DNA of 64,000 bases from Lingula anatina (taxonomy: Eukaryota > Animalia > Brachiopoda): contig CM120643.1 of NCBI GenBank assembly GCA_051362555.1, positions 10,912,001 through 10,976,000 of the forward strand, in the 5' to 3' direction. The notes under the pieces were generated by a model, which saw only the letters and a list, made by a program, of their open reading frames with translations, ran no database searches and was not told where the DNA came from. Position 1 is the stretch's first letter; the number at the start of each line of letters is the position of its first letter. A program made the translations under genes and the position numbers. This document shows, piece by piece, positions 11,825-25,284 of this stretch.

Positions 11825-14800
11825 TGATTTTATTTATTCAAAGTCTAAATTACATAAAACTATTTTCAGAATACTTCACAAGAATTGTTAAAATATACGG
11901 TATGTATAATTAAAAGTTTTCAGTAAAAAAGTTACCACCACACCTAAGAGCTCGGTGATGATCATTGTGTTGAATCAGATATGTCATGTGGAGTGAGAAT
12001 ATAAAACGTGCCTTATGTAAAGACTGAAATTGTAAATAAAATCCTACTCATCAGCCACTGCAGCTGTTTTCATGTTTGAGAAACGTGGCAATCTCTTGGT
12101 TGCATTTTAAGTGTTAAAAGCCGCACACGAAAACTTAAATTTTCCAATCGTATTACCTATGTAACCACAACCAATATGGACAGCCCGATGACTGGTGTGT
12201 AACCCCTGCAAGCCTATAAGTTTCAACATGATCGTTACACTAAAACATTGAGTAGAGAGAGCTCTGCACTCTGAGTCCCAGGGTGGTTATATGCAATAAT
12301 TTGGTATTTTTTCTTAAAAGTTCTGTTCAATCTGACAGGTAAAACAAAAAATTAAAAATCGCGTCGGAACAACCGTTTCAGAATGCAATAACTTCCCTTG
12401 GGAATTATATTTTAACTGGAACTGCACGTAATGGCCATAAGCATTCTTTTATTACAGTCGTGTCCTTCACATCGAGAAGAGCCTAGGTCCAGCAATGCCG
12501 AGACCTAAATATGGCGGACCTACATGAAAGGCAGACCGCGTAATCCTTAAATGGTCTCTCAATGAATGTCATTGATCAGATGAGCAGACCGCAAATCAAT
12601 AACATGCCTGCATGAATATTAAAGACCTGCAATCCCCCCTCCTCCACTCAGCTTAACCACAACCTATAGTCCTGGTAATATACCCCCTACATAAACCACT
12701 TTGTAACCTGGGGTTTTTGACCTGCTAGTGTGGAGGCATTTCGAACTCGAGAGGAGTCTATCCGTGTTACATTACATCAAGTCAAATCTTACTTCAAAAT
12801 GTTCCCAATCTTTGACGATGGGAAACTGAGCAGTTCCCGTATGCTCATGAAAGTGGGCTGTTATGTGCTCCAATAGATAGGCGTGCCAAGAACTCTACTG
12901 TATTGCTCTATTTCCTTGCCGACGCAGTTTTTGAGCATTACCAGTGCCTTGCCTTATGAAATCAGATGAAAAAATTCAAACTAAGGGTGCTAATCTTTCC
13001 CTGTAAATTTATATTCCATTGATAGTCGGTTTGTGAAAACTGACTGGTACAACAGCAATAAAAAAGAGAAAATTTACGTCATGGAACATTAACGACAGGC
13101 ACGAGAACTTAACGACTAAGAAAATGTGATCAAAACGAAATAAAACACGCACATCTCTTCTTTGTATTACCGGTAGCAATGCCCAAAATTCAATCTTAAA
13201 TTCAGAACGCGGCTAAAGCGAAATACCGAGGATGTAAATCCATCCGTTGTGTAAACAGAATTGGCCTCAGAATTGGCCTCAGACACAGTGGGGTTAAATA
13301 CCGTAGGCGAATTACCATTTCTTTGATATGGCAATGTCCTTTATGGACTCGCTTTGAGGAAACCACATAGAGGCGCCACACAAGCAGCCAACAGATGTTG
13401 CAATCATGATCAACAAAATAATCAAAAATTGTTCTGGCTCTTAAAGTGATATAACGGTTAAAAATACAAGATTTTCCAGGACTTCTTTTTTCAATGTTTT
13501 AAGTGACACACTGAATTTATACTTGATGTGAAGTTCCGGGATCTCGTCGTCTTTTCTTCAAGAATAGACATTTGTTGTATAAACCGCCAATGTCTACGGT
13601 GATTAATGGGTACGCGTCATAAAACCAGCCAAGGTTAAAAAGATATAAGCGTTTCGAGAAAGTTTTGAACCCATTTGACCTACGAATCTTCACTATGAAA
13701 CGCCGATAAAACAGCGCTTATAGTCTTTTGGTTTTTACCTCCCCGCCAGCGGCAATGCGTAAGCACAAATGCCCATTTTGATTAATATGATTTAAGGAAT
13801 AGTTCATGGGAACCTTGTTATCTTACTGTCTAACCATGATGTACTTACAATAGCCGTATTTAGCAGCTTTGAATATACAGTGAACCCGAGAAGCGCGACC
13901 AAGGTAAAAGGCAATACAGATTCCCTAAAAGATTAACAGACCGGGTTCAGATGAAATTGTAATTGCGTTTTCTTTCCCCTTGAACATCTGATCAGCATTT
14001 ACAAGATATCTCAAATAAGATTAGAGAATTAAAAACAAACCGACATCGATGAAAACATGACCAGTTTCGTTGGTGAGTTTTAACTTTTCAAGATAGTGGA
14101 ATAGCCACCCGCTATAATGCGGATATCAATATTTATAAAGGCAACACGCACGACCGTTCAACTCTTCAAATCATTTCTAGCAAAAAGTTGATTTTTCACA
14201 CCTTTGCATTTCAATCGAGATGTAGTTGATGAGCACTCAAAAAGTGTAGATGACCTAGTGAAAATTCGTTGGCAACGTAGCGTATTTTTTCTCAAGCCCC
14301 TTGATCTGTAACTCTGATTTTAACAACCCTAAATTTTGAAAAGACTCTCGCTAGTGCCGTCGGCAATACTCATCGTGCAGTGTAAGCTGGCTCGGCAGTC
14401 ATCATTGTACGCCACAATCTCTGTCACTGAAAACACCAGATACGTGGAATGTAAATGACAATAACTTGATTCACACACAAACACGTACATGCACATACAT
14501 GTGCATGAACACTCACACACACGCACGCGTACACTCAAACACACATTTACACACACACACTACCGTTGCCAACTATGTAACCCCGAATAAATCTCTAAAA
14601 TTATACTGTGTGCGTATAATAAAAAGATTCCAAAACATTCACCTAGCTTTACTTTACCCAAACAACTCTTTTTTATACTATACTATATACAAGAATGTAA
14701 ATTGAATTTTAAGCATTTGCTCGCCAAAATGCATTTCGATCGGTAGCTTACAAGCAATGGGTTGGCTGTTCGCCATTACGCTAATTAATGGGGCGCGCTT

Positions 14801-15224
14801 TCTTTTCCGCCTTTTCTCCATCACTTACGTGGCGACTAAATAAAGTGGCCTGTTCAACTACAGCGTATTAACTCAATTGCACTGGGTGCAAAAAAAAAGA
14901 AGAAAACGCAGAATAATATGAGTTATATAACACTGGAATATTCGAGAGAATACTTGGTATAATAACTCGTAAATGTAATATTTCAAAACGTTGCTTCTCA
15001 GACTACTATCTAATTGATTGATTGCAGTTCCTTCCACAGCGAGTCTGCAATTTTATGATCCTGTCAAGCTGCCTACGCCTTTTACGACCTAATTTTATCT
15101 GAACCTCCCAACTTCCCTGACCTTGCCTTCAAGGAGGGCTCCCTTTGATTCGACTGTTACAGGAAATGGATTGTAAGTACCACTCGCGCAAACAAAGGTT
15201 GCATTGTGCGCAGCGATAACCAGT

Positions 15225-15310
15225 GTGCGGGGCGGTTGTACCAAGATACGCATGCGCAGTATGTCTAACAAGCGTGCCTGGTGTAGTACCGGTAATTGCA
15301 ATGGCGCAGA
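15225..15310. promoter_or_regulatory. Promoter-like CpG-rich patch with GC box and NRF1-type palindrome
   Basis: GGGGCGG near 15229, CGCATGCGCA at 15249-15258, and AATGGCG near 15300. Candidate splice donors lie on both sides (minus strand near 14828, plus strand near 15582). Confidence 0.35.
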
Positions 15311-16024
15311 GGTACCCTCTACTAGGACCAAAGAAATTATTTTCTCGAAGAATTTTCTTCAGATATTTACAAATTTTATAGTTATTTCGTTAGGTGTGTT
15401 GATTTCTATTTGGTGAGGATTTTTTTGCACAACGATTACTTCACTACCCAGATGGCCTCTAATAGAGCCTACTGCAGTGGCTGCCTGTTTCACAAAACAA
15501 CTGAAGTAAAAAACGAGTTTCTTAACACAATGTATCTGAAATTCCGCCTAGTTTCCTCGATCTATCAATTGTGTCCCTAAGGTAAAGTGTGATATATTTT
15601 GTCAAAATCTTAATTTTCAGTGATGACAATATCCCATTTACAGCGAGTACATGGTATGGCAAATGCAATCATTGTAGGCCAATAGCTCCCGAATCAGTAT
15701 GTTCTATTTAGGTTAAACAGGTAGCAGTGTTATTAGAGTTCACAACCATATCATTAATTTGCCTCGTTGTCACAATTGTGTCTTCATCCAATGGACGTAC
15801 GCTTGACAAAAGTCATCAACCAATAGATCTTCGCTTAACAAAATGTCTTCAAACAATAGGCCTACGCTTATCAAAAACTATTACTGTGGCACAACAGAAC
15901 TCTCATTTAAAGCTGCAGCCACATTTATAACAAACACTGCACCTGCATACTGAACCAAGTTCAATATGGATGGCATATAAACTGATTCTAGAAAACATCC
16001 TACAGATCAAGATACTGTGTCAAA

Positions 16025-16026
<2 letters not shown>

Positions 16027-16059
<33 letters not shown>
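16027..16059. repeat. (GT)n microsatellite
   Basis: Directly visible. Confidence 0.95.
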
Positions 16060-16061
<2 letters not shown>

Positions 16062-17104
16062 CGGGCGCGCAAGGTGATTTAAATCAAATGGTACTTATCA
16101 ACTAATGCATGCATGTATGTATGTTCTTATGTACAGTATGTATCAGTTTGAAGTTATATTAATCAGTTATGTGGCTAACACATACTGTGCTTGGGTGTCG
16201 TCGGTTTAACTTAAGGTAAGCTCTGGTTACATCTGGTACACCAGAAGCAACTTCAACTTTAAGCCCAGAATATTTATGGAGTAGCGTCGAGTACATGGCT
16301 GCACATGCAGGTGAATCAGGATCATCGTGTCATATCCTTTGTGGCGGAGATTGAGTTGAATGTAAGCGATGAAAGATTCACAGGTACTTCCTTTACATAC
16401 CGCTGGTTTGATCTTACAATGTATCTCGTAAGTTGAAGAAAATCAATCTAATACATGTATTCTGACAAATGGCTTATCAGTTGCAGTGTACTAAAATGAA
16501 GCAGCTGCAAAAATGTTAAATTATTCAGAACAAGACGAAACTTTCACCCAAAGATTCTTTTTATAATAAAGCTTATTTCAAATACATCCTGGCTCAAATT
16601 AAGGCAATAACATTTAATACAAAACGTTTTCAAAACATTTCCCTAGCTAAGGGATTTAGTGTGGACTGCTTTACAGACGGTTTGTTAATCAACGCATCAA
16701 GATAAGTCTATTGTTAGCCCCAACATGTATTTAAATTCAGGCCCATTTTTATGTTTGATGGAATGTGTACCTATATTGGTTTGGCTTTGATAACCATGCT
16801 TGAATTAATCGGTAGCACGGAGCAATTCTATTTTACTTTTCGTTATTTTACTTTTTTAAATTTCACTTCACTTCCATCAATTTAAGTATTTGTTGGCAAA
16901 TTGTTCATTAAAAAGTTTATTCTTGCCATATATCTGAAATTTTTGAAATAAAGGTAGGTTACCATAACTTACATCCAGCTATTGTGACATATATAATAAG
17001 GTTAAATCCGGCGCTGAATATTAACGCTCATAAATACTTGATGTCATAGAAAAAAGCTTTTAATCATAGATGAACCTTAGTGTCTTGCTTGCCAGATGCA
17101 CGCA

Positions 17105-17108
<4 letters not shown>

Positions 17109-17140
<32 letters not shown>

Positions 17141-17396
17141 CTGCTAACAAGCAACATTTAAGACAACAGGATATACTTTTTCTAAGTTTGAACTTTGTGA
17201 CGTCTTTCCGGAACATGGCTAAATGCGCTAACAACGACAATCTGGCACGAGCAAAGACTTCAAACCCATACACACATGAATGAGGTATATAAAGATAATA
17301 ATAAGGATGATTCATAACATAACTGGAGAGGCCTTAGTCTTGTGGTAAAGCTATAACAGTTTCAATATGTACTGCATATACATGTAGGCCATTTTA

Positions 17397-17445
<49 letters not shown>
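17109..17445. repeat. Two (TA)n microsatellites (about 17109-17137 and 17400-17445)
   Basis: Directly visible. Confidence 0.9.
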
Positions 17446-17448
<3 letters not shown>

Positions 17449-18952
17449 AATACAAGCAAGAAGGACAAGGGAGTGGTGTCTAAATCCACACACTGAATGC
17501 AACACTGAAAAAATACATGCTATTCAGGTACGTTCCATCATCACTCTTTATAGTATATTCAGTAAAATTCTAATCTAGACAAGCCAAACCGCATGTGCTT
17601 TATGAAGACTGTAAATGTCAACTGATTGAAATTGCATTACGTTCACTTCTGTCAATCTATTCAATTTTGAATACATGTTGGCGTACTGTTTGGGTTTGTA
17701 ACTTGCATGCTTATCATGGTTGTTCAAACGAAAAATAAATCAAGTTTGTCGTTATTTGCAAACCAGATATTGGTTGACATTATGGTAGTGAGTATTGTTT
17801 AAATGTACATACATGTATCAGTAGATATTATTGAGTGCTGAAAATGAATGTCTCGTTTTTGTATCAAGTAACATTTTTAGTGCTCGAAGAACATACATTA
17901 CCTGTTCCAATATTTGAAAATACTCCGGAAGCATGGTATCAAAATAATATATTTAGATATCATTACATCTACGGTATTTCAATAAATGTTCTGTGTTGGC
18001 ACTTCCTCAGATTTGTCGATATTAAATGAAAAAGGATACGGGTCAGCATTAGGTGCCTATTTCAATGTTAAATATGCAATAAGCGGAATGCTGGTGGTAA
18101 AAACTTCTTTTAAACACTTGAAGATTAAAACTTTGTTTTATTCCAACTTCACATTGAACATTACCTTTCATATATATCGTTGACTATGCGGAATTCGCTG
18201 GACCATCACACCGATCCGAATTGAAATCTACAATTTGAAGTCGCTTTCAAGATTTATCGTTTCTGATTTTTTTGACGACTGACACTTCAGTATGTTTAAT
18301 ACATTATATATTTCAGTCGCACAATGTAATTAGTTTTTCTTACAGATATATACATATATTTTGACCAATTCTTTCGCCTACTCCTCCTTTGATAGAACCG
18401 ACCACAATAGGCGCGGCACAGAAAAACCAAGCTTCTGTGTGTACATGTTGTTAAATGGAAACAGCATTATGAAAAGAAATAACCGTAATTAAGAAGTAAG
18501 ACATGGGTACTGAACTGCCATTTACCGAACTAAATGAAATAATATGTGACTGGTTTGTAAAACCATACTTGAATGACAAACTAATCTTGAAGCTTCATTT
18601 CCCAAGAGATATTTGGAATCACGTTGGGTTTATGTCGTAATGTTCAGATGGTATCTTATGCCTTTAAATTTGGGACTGTTCATATTTATACGGCGATTGT
18701 TTTTCTGCTCTTTGTAAACCAATTATTTTGATCTATATAAAAAGAACAACAAATATGAACTGTGCCAATATCTGTTCAAATTTGGAAATGGAAAGAGTAT
18801 AGAATGAAGAAAACAAAGGAGTGCGCAAAAATGTCGAACAAAGTAGAAAGAGAATCTTTTTTCCTTTTTTTACCCCAGTTTACAAAAGGCCGTTTTACAA
18901 AGTTGTAAATCCATTCTGTAGACAATTTTAACAATGTATAATAAGATATGCA

Positions 18953-18955
<3 letters not shown>

Positions 18956-19022
<67 letters not shown>
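18956..19022. repeat. (TA)n microsatellite
   Basis: Directly visible. Confidence 0.95.
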
Positions 19023-19025
<3 letters not shown>

Positions 19026-19158
19026 CCAGATTCATCTTAAAGTAATTTCATCAGCCCGCACTCCCTTGCGGCATGCACATATATATATATATAGGCCTAT
19101 ATGCATGCCGCAAGGGAGTGCGGGCTGATGAAATTACTTTAAGATGAATCTGGAATTA
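19021..19158. repeat. Perfect 57-bp inverted repeat with a 24-bp TA-rich spacer
   Basis: 19021-19077 (TAATTCCAGA...GGCATGCA) is the exact reverse complement of 19102-19158. Confidence 0.95.
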
Positions 19159-21316
19159 AGCATCAATTTGGAATAATGAAAGGGGCATATGCTAATTAAA
19201 TAAAGTGCTGAGATGATTAAGTTTTTAGTCACAGAATGTTTGCACTGGTCGGGATGTGACCAAAAAGCTTATGCCATGTATTCTCGAAGCATCTCGCAGA
19301 ATCTCAGTGCAGATTAAAAAAAATCTGAACGGGCACATGACATCGATCTAATCAACTCTCTCTAGGCATCAACCGGGATTATATGTCTAGGATAAACGTC
19401 CTCCCTTCGATTTTCGTTTTTGCTCATTAATGCCATGGGCCCTTGACATATTCTCTTGGGCACGTGCATCGATCTATTGCTTCATTTCGTTGGCATTTTC
19501 AGGCGTATATAATTTACCACGAAGTAAAGGGGGTGTCTGAAAGATTATGTTATCCAGATTCTGCCTTGAAAGTACGCCCAGCTGAGGTCCACCGATCTAG
19601 GACTAGGCCAACTAGGCCAGTTTTTGTTTGATTTAATTGGCCTGGGTCCTTGTCCCATATGAACGATACCAAAGCTGTCTTCCAGCCCTATCGAGTCACC
19701 TTAAATCGGACCCAACCAGTGACCAAATTAAGGTTAAGCTGGGCGTGCTGGTTGGAAATGGCTGAAATAAATGTACTTTTAAATAATGCAATGGTTAGGC
19801 CATTTGACTGATGAGAACCGCTTAGAGCCTGAAGGGTCGATTGAAAAAACTATTCGAAAGGACATCGGTATACTATATAGCCTTTAGAACTGGCGTGGCG
19901 AAGACTGCATTTAGGTATGCTGCAGCTGTTTTTTTAGATAATTGACTAATAATTCAAGATATTTCTGCAAAACTGAAGTAAGATTTATGTTTAGCTTTTG
20001 TCCAAACTTGTGGCTGTATTTGACATGATTGCACACGAGCAACGTGCTATTGATGTGTATCCGTCTGTTCAACCATAGCAAATCACTGGGTTGCATAAAG
20101 GCATATATCATTTTTCTGTATCAGTCACACTGAATATAGCACACGGATAATAAACTTTGTTTAATACATTAAGACTTGTCCATACATATGGACAAATAGG
20201 GGGCTTTTTAACAGGAGCGCTTAACAATTAATATAACAAGACTGCTGAGTGTTCAGGGCTAGCTGAGAGGCACATTATTCTCATGGAAATAACGAGTTTG
20301 TCTGTCAACTTCAAATGTGACCAGTAAGATATTTATCTCACATACGAGGGTAGAGTTATTTTAAGTGATTTATCGGTTCACTGGCCTATCAGCGAAAGTA
20401 CGTTGATGATTGTATGCAAAGAAAATAACCTGCTTTATAACCGTTTTATACGTTCAAACTAGGCGCCTCTAAAAATTCTTTTCACAGTCTTGTTTTGTAT
20501 ACTTTAACATCAACAACTACAACACTGCAGTAACGTAAACATGAGAAACAGAACGATGTGTCCATCAAAACGGATCTTGCTCGAGTTTTCTCGTGTTTTA
20601 TACGAAGGGCCTGTTACAACGGGCTTGCGAACTCTTAGTGAACAAATTCTGGGTTTTATTCTCATAAATTTTGTCACAAGAGAAACGGCTGCAATATTAT
20701 TAATTCGTTACCACTGCAGTATGCATCTGATGTTGACTATCAAATATTGTCAAAGCCCCAACTTTGAAGAAAAGGGGGTAAAGATGATCGTGGTCATAAA
20801 TTCCCTCTTAAGCGGTCGCAAGCACGGTGGGACATAGTTTAAAACAAAATGTTTCAGACATTTAAAAGAAACACTGGATCTAACTGCGTGTTGAGATAGT
20901 ATTCTGAAATTCGTTTTGTCGGACGCAAACGTCCTGCCAATTCCTGTCATCACCAGGTCATAACGAGACTCATAATGTTTCAGCACGTTATGGAGTTTAG
21001 ACGTTTTAAACATCGGGGTAATTACGTGGAAACATATTTGTAAATCAAACATTATAACAAACTGTATATAAATACCGGGGTACAGCCTCCTCCTCCTTTG
21101 CTGTAAGCGAGTAATTCAATACGGTGTTACTGAAGCACAACATTGATTGTATATATTTCAATTAAATGTGATGCCTTTACTCCGGCAAGCATTTAGCGTG
21201 CCTATTAATCGACCCGGTCTTGTATCACAAAATAAAATAAAATTTTAATTAGCTTAGGCTTTTAAATTGCATGTACTGTTGTCGACTGTGGGATATTGGC
21301 GAAATACGTATCTATT

Positions 21317-21434
21317 GCAGTAGTCCATTCAGGTACATGTGCCACTCAGCTAGCTTTGAACGTGTAGTTTCACCTGAAAATAATTGGTCACCGATGATTT
21401 TATAGGACTTGCCTGTACCTGAATGGACAACTGC
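21317..21434. mobile_element. Short inverted-repeat (MITE-like) remnant
   Basis: GCAGTAGTCCATTCAGGTACA pairs with TGTACCTGAATGGACAACTGC at 20/21 positions. Confidence 0.55.
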
Positions 21435-21603
21435 CAGCGCTGAGAGTAGACCTTCGTCAAGAGAATCAAAATTTGCTTAAGGCTCCTAATTAGGGATTTG
21501 GAAAAAAACGAGGTAAGCAACCTTTTACATTCTTTGCAAAATTTAACTTAGCTGGGTATATCTCAGTAGGCTAAACTTATAGCCCTAAATCTGATTTGTG
21601 ATT

Positions 21604-21605
<2 letters not shown>

Positions 21606-21657
<52 letters not shown>
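21606..21657. repeat. Poly(T) run of about 52 nt
   Basis: Directly visible; it explains the spurious poly-Lys ORF. Confidence 0.95.
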
Positions 21658-21658
<1 letters not shown>

Positions 21659-24179
21659 TGAAACAAGTCCCTGACTAACACTGGTAACAGACACAACACA
21701 GTGTGACTGACCTCTGTTATCCACTGCGACCTTATTTCAGACGCGAACATACGTGCTTGCTTATCGGATTTCGATAACGCTCTCACTCACTTCCACATTT
21801 ATCGTACGTGCGCATTTGGGTCGGTCGGGGTCGATAACACAGCAGCTCACAAATGGTTACGATCGGCGGTTGTTGCGTAAGATCTATCCATCGCCTCTGT
21901 GGTTACACCCGTGAACATTTTGGTGAATAAAAAGCCTTTTTAAATATAAAAGTAGGGTTCGTTGGTTTTTCATTGTCATAAAAATATAAAATACGACATA
22001 GCGCTGATGTACATATATCTGCAATTTTAATCTGCCACGGAACCTCTTCGCGTCAGTGAATTATATGATTGTGATTTAATGTGTGCGGTGTTCCGAATAG
22101 GTGTACACGGTCCCATGCCAGCGCTCAGTGTACATGCACGGTGTAATATGACGCTTTTCAGTAACCCGATTTTACTGCACACTTAAAGTACGCTCAGAGG
22201 TCAAACACCTCGTTGAATGTCAGTCACTGAATAATGATGTAAGGCCGGCCTCTGCTGCAACCCTTTGAGTGATGGGTTCAATGTCCTTTCTTAATGACCC
22301 CTATTTCTTTACCGACAAGATCACGCACGAAAACCATTTTATTGCACAGTATGTAATTTGATATAATCGTGAAACTGCTCATATAATTTCCAATATTATT
22401 AAACATTAAACAGTGTGTAATATTGGCATTATTTTGTCTTGCTTCATAAATTTTGCTGGTTTAGCCTATATTGAGTATACCTTCCAATTAAAAAAAAAGA
22501 CCCATCAGTAATGAAAAATGATATTAAAAATTTATGGAAAATATTGCACAAACTGTGTGTGTCGTTGATATAACGCAAATGGAATGACCCCAGAATTATT
22601 CTGATCATGATTCTGTACCTTTCACGGATTTCCTGCCACCTGTTAAAACGACAGGCTGTTATGCAGTTGCTTAACACTTACACGTCTGTAAAATATATTT
22701 GACAGTGCGTCTCAGATTGAGCGCCAAACGTCCCAAAATGATGTATTTAACTGTACATTCGTGTGCGAATAGGTTGATGAAACGTAGAATTCAATTAAGG
22801 ACGCATTGACTCATTAGAATTAATTCAAAACCAATAGAAAAGGAATTGGCTCTGTTATTCTTAATATAGTAGATGGTTGAGATGCTTGTAAGGTTGTCAG
22901 CTGTGAATCTGGTCCAGAAATGTGACAGTTACGTCGGCAAACAGAACATCCGCAAACGTGTTTATCTGAGATCCGTCTGTATGACTACACGTAATCAGGT
23001 TAAGCTTTGTATGACCTTCAAAAAAAAAAGAAAGAAAAAGACATGAGCTGTGAAAACAAAGGGCCTCATTTCACCACGCCGCTCTCACGTAACTGCCACA
23101 GACAAAGGTTCAAAACCACAAAAGTTTAATCTACATCTAATCCGGGTCAAAATTTGGGGGATTGGAGGAGTGTAGTTGCATTGTCCTTTTTATCTGTTTA
23201 AGGGACAATTCGATCCATCATAAAGCAGTGATGGTTGTGGCGTAGGCTTTAAAGTTAGCATTAGACCTCTTTCCTCTCTCGCTTGTACCTATAAATAGTC
23301 GTACTAGTAGGTTTAATGTGAAGATGCGTTAGGCACATTGTATGGTAATGCACTACGCAAAAATAAATTAAAACCAAAACACGTTACACTTTTTTTTCTT
23401 TGTATTTGACTAATTATCCCGGAATAAACGGCATTTTCCCCAGATTTTCTAACCTTTAATCTTCTTTTCCTGACACTCGGCATAACTCTGTAACAATGTT
23501 GGAAAAAGCCAAAGATCAAAACCTGCGCTTTAACGGAGGTTTTCCAGATACGCCATTCATTCCCTTGACTCGACTTCCAGACATCACGAGGCTCTCGTTC
23601 CGTTTACCGCCTTTTTATAAACTGTGCCAAGATGGCAGACTACCGAGGGGTTCATTTTTTGCAAGGGGTTCATTTTTTGCAATATTGATTAAGGCCATTT
23701 TCTGTCATTATATGTTTTAAAAGACTTAATTGCTCTCTTATAAGTTAAACAAGAGGCGATTCAAGCTTTTGGGTTGCATTTTAAATTCTACATTAGATAC
23801 CTTTAGTTGGTGGTGATTTTCGGGGTAACATACCAGTATATGAAGAACGCTTTACGCTGGCACTGTCTTGTATATGGTTTTTTAACATTCCCTTTATCTC
23901 AAACAACTATCTACCGTACTGCTTCTATTAAAATAGTAACAGCTTGAGTCATGCAATAAAATGTGTCACTTCCCTCCGCATTATTGCCTCTCTTTGGATG
24001 CACTATAACCAATTTAAAGTAGGTTTTAAATTTTTTTATAAGCAGCATTAACCTAATTCTTACAGTGTTTGTGTCCCCATCTTTAGATTGAAATCAACTG
24101 TTTTTCTGTTTATGCAAATTAATAGAAAATATCACATTATTAAAGGAGAAACTTGCCTTTTATTATTTTATACAGAAAG

Positions 24180-24198
24180 TATATATATATATATATGT

Positions 24199-24233
<35 letters not shown>

Positions 24234-24444
24234 CCGTCACACTATATTTCTCAAATAATAGCCTCGAAACAAGCGGTGATATCGCTAGTAACGCTCGGTC
24301 GCAAGTTGCAATGCCTTCCAGTTAGGCAAAAGCGACGGATCACCATATTTATTGGGTGTGGTGGCAATTTGCAATTCTTTCGAGTTATCGAGTCCTGGTC
24401 TAACAATGTTGCAGCTGATGGTCCTATATTCCGCCCAAGGGCGA

Positions 24445-24479
<35 letters not shown>
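24180..24479. repeat. (TA)n(GT)n compound microsatellite (about 24180-24231) and (GAT)n tract (about 24447-24479)
   Basis: Directly visible; these explain the poly-Asp, poly-Ser and poly-Ile ORFs. Confidence 0.9.
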
Positions 24480-25062
24480 ATGCAGTACACAACACTGAAA
24501 ATGTTTTATGGACCACCCCATTCGTTGTTTCATTGTTCGTTTCATTAAAGGTAAAGTGACCGAATGTTGACATTATCAGAATTACGTACAAAAACACGGT
24601 TCCCAGGTTTGCGAGAGGGTTTGCATTGCCTTGATAACGCCTTTGTAAAATTCATAGAGCACACGGCGGTTTTTAGGCTAGTATAAAAAGCAAAAAAAAA
24701 ATCCCCTACAATTTTCTGGCGTGCATGATTTGTAATTTTCTTTGATACATGGAAGGTTTTGTATTCATTACAGGGCCTTGACATGTTAAACATGTTCAAC
24801 ATGTTTTTCATGGCGGGAGATGATACATTGTACATGTACATCCCGGAAACACCCGACGTCTAAAATAGCACACGGGAAATAGCATGTTATATTTGCAATC
24901 CTTGCAGGGGCAGCCTCTGAATTATTGATATACACGAGTATCGCACTATCGAACCATATCTGAATTTAACCATTCACTAAGACCTGTGCATGTTATGTTA
25001 GGTCAATTTCATTTAATTTGGGAGTTTCTTTCCACATTCATCAAAGGCGTGACACATGGACT

Positions 25063-25284
25063 GGGTTCCCATACCTAGATCGTTCTAACAGGATCGATCC
25101 ATCTCCAAGGGGTTTCTCGCTAAATTGCTTTCAGCTTGAACGCCTAAGATGTCTTGCACGCCTGGTGAAACTTAATTAATCATCGTTTAGCAACTTCAGT
25201 ATGCCGTTTAAGCTGAAAGCAATTTAGCCAGAAATCCCTTGGAAATGGATCGATCCTGTTAGGACGACCTAGGTATGGGAATTT
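25063..25284. mobile_element. Palindromic MITE with arms of about 75 bp, plus an extra partial arm at about 25292-25331
   Basis: TTCCCATACCTAGATCGTTCTAACAGGATCGATCCATCTCCAAGGGG..GCTAAATTGCTTTCAGCTT pairs with AAGCTGAAAGCAATTTAGC..CCCTTGGAAATGGATCGATCCTGTTAGGACGACCTAGGTATGGGAA. Confidence 0.85.

Noticed and set aside
12120-13216. Possible 1.1-kb element bounded by AGCCGC...GCGGCT
   Set aside because: Terminal similarity is weak beyond about 6 bp, and no TSD or coding remnant was found.
23647-23682. Short direct duplications (18 bp here; 12 bp near 13257; 11 bp near 56028)
   Set aside because: Ordinary slippage-type micro-duplications with no further structure.
24153-24548. Overlapping ORFs with poly-D, poly-S, poly-I and VC repeats
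   Set aside because: They are translations of (GAT)n and (GT)n microsatellites.
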